A DNA stretch of 9,427 nt from Tubiluchus corallicola (Eukaryota > Animalia > Priapulida), in NCBI GenBank assembly GCA_030141605.1, contig JAQGDQ010002198.1, positions 1 to 9,427 of the forward strand, given 5' to 3'. The notes beneath the pieces are model-generated. The model saw only the letters and a program-made list of their open reading frames with translations, did not search any database and had not been told where the DNA came from. The translations under genes were made by a program, and so were the position numbers. Shown here in pieces: positions 1 through 6,359 of the stretch. How positions within the stretch are numbered: position 1 is the stretch's first letter; each line of letters opens with the position of its first letter.

Positions 1-12
1 TATATAAAAATA

Positions 13-35
13 AATAATAATAATAATACTAATAA
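13..35. repeat. short imperfect (AAT)n microsatellite
   Basis: aataataataataatactaataa. Confidence 0.6.
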
Positions 36-865
36 CAGAACCTACATTATTCACCTACAGTCACATTCAGTATTGAATCAGTGTCTGCAAGTTCAACTGT
101 TCAACTGTTTACTTCCCAGAAATACCGGAAACCGGGCCATAGTGCAAGGAACCTCCTGGAACCGGGCCATAGTGCAAGGAACCTCCTAGCACCGGGCCAT
201 AGTGCAAGAAACCTCCTGGAACCGGGCCATAGTGCAATGAACCTCTTGGAACCGGGCCAGGGTGCAGGGAAGCTCCTGGAACCGGGCCATAGTGCAAGGA
301 AGATCCTGGAACCGGGCCATAGTGCAAGGAACCTCTTGGAACCGGGCCATAGTGCAAGGAGGAACCTCCAGAAAACCGGGCCAGGGTGCAGGGAAGCTCC
401 TGGAACCGGGCCATAGTGCAAGGCACCTCTTGGAACCGGGCCATAGTGCAAGGAACCTCTTGGAACCGGGCCATAGTGCAAGAAACCTCCTGGCACCGGG
501 CCATAGTGCAAGAAACCTCTTGGAACCGGGCCATAGTGCAAGGAACCTCTTGGAACCGGGCCATAGTGTAAGGAGGAACCTCCAGGAAACCGGGCCAGGG
601 TGCAGGGAAGCTCCAAGTTTTTATTTCCTACAAAATTCCCTTCACAAGTACCTTCAAATGTAACCAATCAAAGAGTAGATAGACAGGATTTCTTTAATGA
701 ACACAGACTGACCAGTATGAACCCAATGAGCAAAGAAAGGCTCCAATGACATAGACCTATAGATGCTTTTACACTATATGTAGTATTACAGTTATTACAG
801 GAGTGCGTATAGATTCTAGCAGGTGTTGTTTATTAATGAGTACTTCACTGAAAGACAGTCTACAT
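36..865 (+). pseudogene. decayed copy 1 of unknown gene family, interrupted by the 30-bp array
   Basis: VTFSIESV (60-83) resembles copy 5 ITFSKKSV. QLFTSQKYRK (102-131) resembles copy 7 VLEDRAVYEK. After the array, FLQNSLHKYLQM (625-660) resembles copy 7 YLPSMLHKKLHT, and FTERQ (844-858) resembles copy 4 LTEKQ. Boundaries approximate; 728-865 may be a separate fragment. Confidence 0.5.
127..615. repeat. 30-bp GC-rich minisatellite, 16 units, consensus GGAACCGGGCCATAGTGCAAGGAACCTCYT
   Basis: Units start at 127, 158, 188 ... 552, 585. A 33+31-bp variant pair occurs at 338-401 and again at 552-615 (offset 214 bp, 7 units). Confidence 0.98.
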
Positions 866-1056
866 AATAACCTAAAATGTGATTATAGGCTAGTTAATAA
901 AACCAGGTGTGCACAAGAAGCTAGTACGCATGCGTTGCTAGAAAGATTTATTCTGAAAGTAAGGAATACAGAATAAACCAATTTTTTTAAAACTCAGGGA
1001 GCACAGAAAGGCCTCCAATGATAAATTTTCGCGTGACATCAACCAATAGATGCTTT
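728..1056 (+). repeat. diverged direct repeat 728-769 / 999-1056 with a 15-bp indel
   Basis: gagcaaagaaagg-ctccaat[15-bp gap]gacatagacctatagatgcttt versus gagcacagaaaggcctccaat[gataaattttcgcgt]gacatcaaccaatagatgcttt; TGA microhomology at the indel ends. Confidence 0.8.
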
Positions 1057-1063
1057 AGTTATA
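890..1063 (+). pseudogene. decayed fragment, copy 2 (close relative of copy 4, inverted)
   Basis: 890-938 matches the reverse complement of 1816-1864 at 41/49, and similarity continues to ctgaaagt (960 vs 1777) after a 17-bp indel. Reads LVNKTRCAQEASTHALLERFILKV versus LVNKTKGVQQTSTHAL..LLRSFNLKV. Confidence 0.55.
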
Positions 1064-1075
1064 AAGAAGAATTTT

Positions 1076-1265
1076 GTGTTGAGATTTGTGCTAATTTGGT
1101 TTACAATAAATTGTAAAATAGTAGTATTTCTTAAGAATATTTTTATTGACAAATAAAAGATAGCTATTTCAGTTTATTTAAAGAATTTGCAATAAGTTTA
1201 GCTCAAGCTGCGAAAATGTTGTTAAAATATATCATAAGTAAAAAATATTCAAGACTGGGGAGGGT
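1076..1265 (+). pseudogene. decayed fragment, copy 3 (close relative of copy 5, inverted)
   Basis: 1079-1132 vs rc 2849-2796 = 42/54 nt (LRFVLIWFTINCKIVVFL vs LKYLLIQFAISRKIMVFL). 1162-1242 vs rc 2770-2690 = 64/81 nt (SYFSLFKEFAISLAQAAKMLLKYIISK vs SYSNLLKQFSTSLVQVIQMSLKYIKSK). Similarity ends at TGEG (1254-1265). Confidence 0.75.
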
Positions 1266-1269
1266 GAGT

Positions 1270-2100
1270 TTTAAAACCATGTAATGTAAAGCCAAGTGTG
1301 CAGATGTTTCTGCGTCTAAAATTTTTAAACCTTCACAAAGAATTGCCGCCAAAGAAATGTAGCAGTTTTGCTGGTTTTTCAACTTTGCGTGTAATTTGTA
1401 GCGCAGAGAGTTGATAAAAATGCAGCCTAGCGAGAACTAAACAGATGTGGAACATAATATTTGCACATGCCAATCGCCAGGGCGTTTGACATAGAAATCA
1501 GAAGCGTGGAGACACATCATTGAAGAGGTAAATAGTTGGAATGTGGAGAAATGAAAGTAATACCTGGCCGCGTGGAGCAATGCACTCTTGATCTGGCAAA
1601 GAACCAAAAATGTACTAAAAATCAAGTGCAGGAACTTGCTTTTCTGTAAGGGCAGTGATTATGTTCAAGTTTTGAGTGTTATGGCGCCGAATGGTAACCA
1701 TCATAATCCTAACACTCGCATTGGATTAATTTATTCACCTTCGCGAGTCTGGCATCTCTCCAGATTTGAGAAAAAAACTTTCAGATTAAAACTTCTTAAC
1801 AATAGAGAAACTAATGCAACGCATGCGTACTGGTTTGTTGTACGCCTTTGGTTTTATTAACTAGACTTCTTGAGACAAACGAACAAAGGAGTAAAATTGG
1901 AGCCTATTTGTACTTCGCAAGTGGGCGCATGATTAAAGGAAGACGAAAACAATGCCTCCTTTTTAGCAGTAGATGTCGCTGCATTGCACATACCATGCTG
2001 GTACGGCATTGTTTCAATGCCAGTGTCACCGCGTCTGTTATTAACAGATAGTGATTAAATCGAAGCAAGTATACCTTGCCCGTTTGAAACCGTCTGCAAT
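1270..2100 (-). pseudogene. decayed copy 4 of unknown gene family
   Basis: Minus-strand reading through stops and shifts: NLKVFFSNL (~1787-1761); SVRIMMVTIRRHNTQNLNIITALTEKQVPALDF*YIFG; APRG (1578-1567); WHVQIL (1472-1455); ISLAAILCEGLKILD (1358-1314). Extent 5' of 1864 is uncertain. Confidence 0.65.
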
Positions 2101-2279
2101 TGTCGTAAGTTTAGTTTGCATTAGTTGCATTTACCCAATCTCCTCTTTGTTGGAAATTCGTCGAAGTTTTTGCAATTTGTTAGCAGTTCATAAACCTCTA
2201 CAATTCATTTATACAGGCATTCCAAACTTGGATCAGTGCCTGTACTCCACGGTGCCTAGATTTATTGATTTTTCAAACT

Positions 2280-2900
2280 TCCAAACTGTCAAAACATTCA
2301 GTCTTTTTGTGAAAATAACTTTAAAGGTGACACATAAGCAGGTTCTTTGTGTAGTCGTCAACAGGTTGTTTATATACCATTATGACGTAGTCAATATTGC
2401 GTCACAACGGTAAAAAAACTTCTGGTTACCTTGTTAGAATTTTGACAAAAAAAGTGTAACGTAAAATTAGCTTAATGTGCAATTATCCTGAGAAAATGTG
2501 CAGATGCCATGAGCTCAGCTCTTGAAATTATTCCTGTGGTGAAATAGATCATTTAAGCACAAATGCTCAGTCATGTAGCTGTACACAATTAGATAATTTC
2601 TTGCAGACATGATTGCTACGGATTATAATCTTTTGATACCCATAAACTAGAGAAATTGTGGGGCCCTCGCCCGTAAGATCTAGAATATTTTTACTCTTGA
2701 TATATTTTAGCGACATTTGTATAACTTGAACTAAACTTGTTGAAAATTGTTTAAGTAAATTAGAATAGCTTTTGTTTGTCATTGAAATATTCTTTCAGAA
2801 ATACCATTATTTTTCTACTTATTGCAAACTGAATTAGCAGATATTTCAACCCAACCGTAATGTTAAAAACAGATTTTTTTACTAAATGTTATCAAAGATT
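2280..2900 (-). pseudogene. decayed copy 5 (includes track ORF 2567..2782); abuts and probably spans the 26-bp array
   Basis: LITFSKKSV (2895-2869); LKYLLIQFAISRKIMVFL (2849-2796); SLKYIKSKNILDLTGEGPTISLVY; shift to MSARNYLIVYSYMTEHLCLND (from 2610); WHLHIF (2509-2492); VTFKVIFTKRLNVL (2331-2290). Spacing from VF to the APRG/SARN motif is 197 nt here and 200 nt in copy 4. Confidence 0.7.
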
Positions 2901-3666
2901 GAGGGACCCTAGTGTTACCTACGTTTGAGGGACCCTAGTGTTACCTATGTTTGAGGGACCCCAGTGTTACCTATGTTTGAGGGACCCTAGTGTTATCTAA
3001 GCTTGAGGGACCCTAGTATTACCTAAATTGGAGAGACCCTGATGTTACCTAAGTTTGAGGGGCTTGGTGTTAGCAAAGATTGAGGGACCCTAGTGTTACC
3101 TAAGTTTGAGGGACCCTAGTGTTACCTAAGCTTGAGGTATCTTAGTGTTACTTAAGCTTGAGGTATCTTAGTGTTACCTAAGCTTGAGGGACCCTAGTGT
3201 TTCCTATGTTTGAGGGACCCTAGTGTTATCTAAGTTTGAAAGCACCCAGTGTTACCTAAGCTTGATTGATCCTAGTGTTACCTAAGCTTGAGGGACCCCA
3301 GTGTTACCTAAGTTTGAGGTATCCTAGTGTTACCTAATCTTGAGGGACACTAGTGTTTCCTATGTTTGAGGGACCCTAGTGTTATCTAAGTTTGAAAGCC
3401 ACTAGTGTTACGTAAGCTTGAGGGACCCTAGTGTTACCTAAGTTTGAGGGACCTCAGTGTTACCTATGTTTGAGGAATCCTAGTGCTACCTAAGTTTGAG
3501 GGACCCTAGTGTTACCTAAGCTTGTGGGACCCTAGTGTTACCTAAGTTTGAGGGACCCTAGTGTTACGTAAGCTTGAGGGACCCTAGTGTTACCTATGTT
3601 TGAGGGACCCTAGTGTTATCTAAGCTTGAGGGACCCTAGTGTTACGTAAGCTTGAGGGGGCCCTAG
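2887..3666. repeat. 26-bp minisatellite, 30 units, consensus TTGAGGGACCCTAGTGTTACCTAAGY
   Basis: GAGGG core recurs every 26 bp from 2901 to 3654 (one 25-bp unit). Internal dyad AGGG-A-CCCT. A variant block (gtttcctatg ... gaaagc) recurs at a 156-bp, 6-unit offset (units at 3186 and 3342). Confidence 0.98.
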
Positions 3667-3885
3667 GGTACAGCCTAAACGAATAATCCTTCTTTGCTTA
3701 CATGAATTTTTTCTTACAAGATTATATGCATGAAAATGACTGGTACGAAGCATGTTTTGCATTATGAAATCAACATCTTTTACCATTTTAAACGTGACTT
3801 TCTTTGGGTTTTAAGCCACTGTATATTGTGTTTTTAGTGATTTGTCTTGTGTTTTTATGTTTTGCATCTGGGTATGTATGTATGA
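3667..3885 (-). pseudogene. possible 5' part of copy 5 beyond the 26-bp array
   Basis: Minus frame SYIHTQMQNIKTQDKSLKTQYTVA*NPKKVTFKMVKDVDFIMQNMLRTSHFHAYNLVRKNSCKQRRIIRLG has one stop in ~73 codons of very AT-rich DNA; no clear motif match to the other copies. Confidence 0.25.
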
Positions 3886-4019
3886 CTAAATATGGCTAAG
3901 TGTTTAAATACTTTATTAGGTTCTATCGTGATTTTATAGTACAACTGAGAGTTTTTTTTTAATTTTGTATACACTGCTATGTACTTTTAAATGTATGAAA
4001 TAAATTTTAAATAAATAAT

Positions 4020-5830
4020 AAAAGTCTTTTAAGACGTGTAATTAAGAATTCCGACAAAGTCTACTAGAAAAAACAGCTATAATGGGACAGTATAGGCCTA
4101 CTTAAGGTCAACTTAAGGCCTACTTATAGGCCTACTTAAGGTGTACTTATAGGCCTACTTAAGGTGTACTTATAGCCCTACTTAAGGTGTACTTATAGGC
4201 CAACTTAAGGTGTACTTATAGGCCTACTTAAGGTGTACTTATAGGCCTACTTAAGGCCTACTTATATGCCTACTTAAGGTGTACTTATAGCCCTACTTAA
4301 GGTGTACTTATAGGCCTACTTAAGGTGTACTTATAGGCCTACTTAAGGTGTACTTATAGGCCTACTTAAGGTGTACTTATAGGCCTACTTAAGGCCTACT
4401 TATATGCCTACTTAAGGTGTACTTATAGCCCTACTTAAGGTGTACTTATAGGCCTACTTAAGGTGTACTTATAGGCCTACTTAAGGTGTACTTATAGGCC
4501 TACTTAAGGCCTACTTATATGCCTACTTAAGGTGTACTTATAGCCCTACTTAAGGTGTACTTATAGGTCTACTTAAGGTGTACTTATAGGCCTACTTAAG
4601 GTGTACTTATAGGCCTACTTAAGGTCTACTTATAGGCCTACTTAAGGTGTACTTATAGGCCTACTTAAGGTCTACTTATAGGCCTACTTAAGGTGTACTT
4701 ATAGGCCTACTTAAGGCCTACTTATATGCCTACTTAAGGTGTACTTATAGGCCTACTTAAGGTGTACTTTAGGCCTACTTAAGGTGTACTTATAGGCCTA
4801 CTTAAGGTGTACTTATAGGCCTACTTAAGGCCTACTTATATGCCTACTTAAGGTGTACTTATAGCCCTACTTAAGGTGTACTTATAGGCCTACTTAAGGT
4901 GTACTTATAGGCCTACTTAAGGTGTACTTATAGGCCTACTTAAGGCCTACTTATATGCCTACTTAAGGTGTACTTATAGCCCTACTTAAGGTGTACTTAT
5001 AGGTCTACTTAAGGTGTACTTATAGGCCTACTTAAGGTGTACTTATAGGCCTACTTAAGGTCTACTTATAGGCCTACTTAAGGTGTACTTATAGGCCTAC
5101 TTAAGGTCTACTTATAGGCCTACTTAAGGTGTACTTATAGGCCTACTTAAGGCCTACTTATATGCCTACTTAAGGTGTACTTATAGCCCTACTTAAGGTG
5201 TACTTATAGGCCTACTTAAGGTGTACTTATAGGCCTACTTAAGGTGTACTTATAGGCCTACTTAAGGTGTACTTATAGGCCTACTTAAGGTGTACTTATA
5301 GGCCTACTTAAGGTGTACTTAAGGTCTACTTAAGTTCCACAGAGAAAACATTCGACCCAAATATGAGCGGAGAGAATTTTGCTTGGTCGTAGTTGAATAC
5401 CTTCACGTCATTCGGCGGAGTTGACAGTGCTGCCTGCAGTTCTTCCGCTGCAGACGGGAGGGAATGACAAATGGCGCTTATATATTTTCCACGCGGTGCT
5501 TTGTGCGTCTAACTCTTGTATGCTAACACTTGCTTTAATGACAGCCGGGGGGTAGAAGGGCTTGCAGTAACGGCATGTCGGTTTTCTGACGAGCGCAGAT
5601 ATTCTCATAAAGCACGTGGTGCAGCATTTTAAAGCCTAGACGGTCCCATTAAGAACATACGCAGACGGCTATTTATTATTTTGCCCAAGTCGAAGGCCAA
5701 GCTGATCATTTTTTAAAAGCGACCTGTTTCTGTAGGTGCTGAACATTCATGCGGTTGACATGGATGAACTGCAGTGAACAGAAACAGTGACAAGCTCATC
5801 CATTGTATACCGTTTACAATTATTATGGTG
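4020..5830 (-). pseudogene. decayed copy 6 (GC-richer), interrupted by the 23-bp array
   Basis: LVTVS (5794-5780); VNRMNVQHLQKQVAFKK; LAFDLGKIINSRLRMFL (5700-5650); LHHVLYENICARQKTDMPLLQALLP then RLSLKQV (shift in a G run); APRG (5499-5488); VKVFNYDQAKFS (5406-5371); ...VELK, then the array, then IIAVFLVDFVGILN (4083-4042), similar to copy 4 SLAAILCEGLKILD. May extend to ~6000. Confidence 0.6.
4091..5334. repeat. 23-bp minisatellite (12+11-bp dimer TAGGCCTACTTA-AGGTGTACTTA), ~52 dimers plus terminal monomers
   Basis: Period 23 from 4127 to 5321. Block 4334-4747 is identical to 4770-5183 (offset 436 bp). Most units contain the palindromes TAGGCCTA and CTTAAG. Confidence 0.98.
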
Positions 5831-6359
5831 TCAGCTGCTTTGGTCTTGCGCTTGTATTATTGCGGTCTGTTCGCGAAGGCGGCTCGTCTTCCATTCATTT
5901 CGTTGCTTCCAAGTCAATGATTTGGCATGCGCCGTGCAAGCCCTCGGGCACTTTTTCTCCTCGTGATAATAGTAATTACTCGGCAAAATCCAGGGTTCGC
6001 GAAAAACCTCAATGATGTATTTGAATAACAGCTGAGACAAACTGAGTGCCAATATGGGATATCTGTTAACTATACTGATACTACTTACACGCGCACTTCG
6101 ACTGCTCATGCGCAACTGCAGCGGTAAATTTGAAATTTGAATTTATATCTTAAAATTTGTATAGCTTTACTACAACACACCGAATATCTCACAGTAGCAC
6201 TAAACTTCAATTTTTGCTTTCGAAAACACGCACAACGCGTTCGCGGAATATTTTTGCTGCTGAAAATTATGTTAGTTTGTGACGTCGTCAATAGTTAAAG
6301 TCCCCCGCTGTTAACTAAGCTTTTAATCCATTATTTAATTATCAGAAACGCTTTTTCTG

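Noticed and set aside
81-667. Five overlapping repeat-protein ORFs (LLEPGHSARN and others)
   Set aside because: They arise from a 30-bp unit with no stop in five frames; internal net +4 shifts switch peptide phase; there is no independent coding evidence.
1455-1490. PGDWH as a transposase-like motif
   Set aside because: Only five residues, and PGD is not conserved in the paralogous copies (SSWH in copy 5).
1498-1860. Plus-strand HECT-like reading (AWRHIIEEVNSWNVEK..; track ORF 1588..1860)
   Set aside because: No catalytic HTC motif; the frame is the antisense shadow of copy 4, whose minus reading matches the other copies.
890-1864. 975-bp DNA transposon with 49-bp terminal inverted repeats
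   Set aside because: No target-site duplication beyond the self-complementary CTAG. The similarity continues inward with indels and follows the family reading frame, so an inverted paralogous fragment explains it better.
1848-2413. Track ORFs 1848..2051 and 2051..2413 (+) as genes
   Set aside because: Non-ATG starts, no recognisable domain, and antisense to the decayed minus-strand copies.
2887-3666. Telomere-derived array (TGAGGG, CCCTAG, CCTAA words)
   Set aside because: No tandem telomeric hexamers or pentamers; these are isolated words within a 26-bp unit.
5420-5510. KAPRG..AEEL as a LINE reverse-transcriptase KAPGPDG region
   Set aside because: No downstream NYRPISL or YADD-type motifs; the APRG context matches the local family instead.
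5408-6291. Track ORFs 5408..5608, 5803..6015, 5831..6115 and 6106..6291
   Set aside because: Short and unrecognisable; 5408..5608 is in a different frame from the motif-bearing reading of copy 6.
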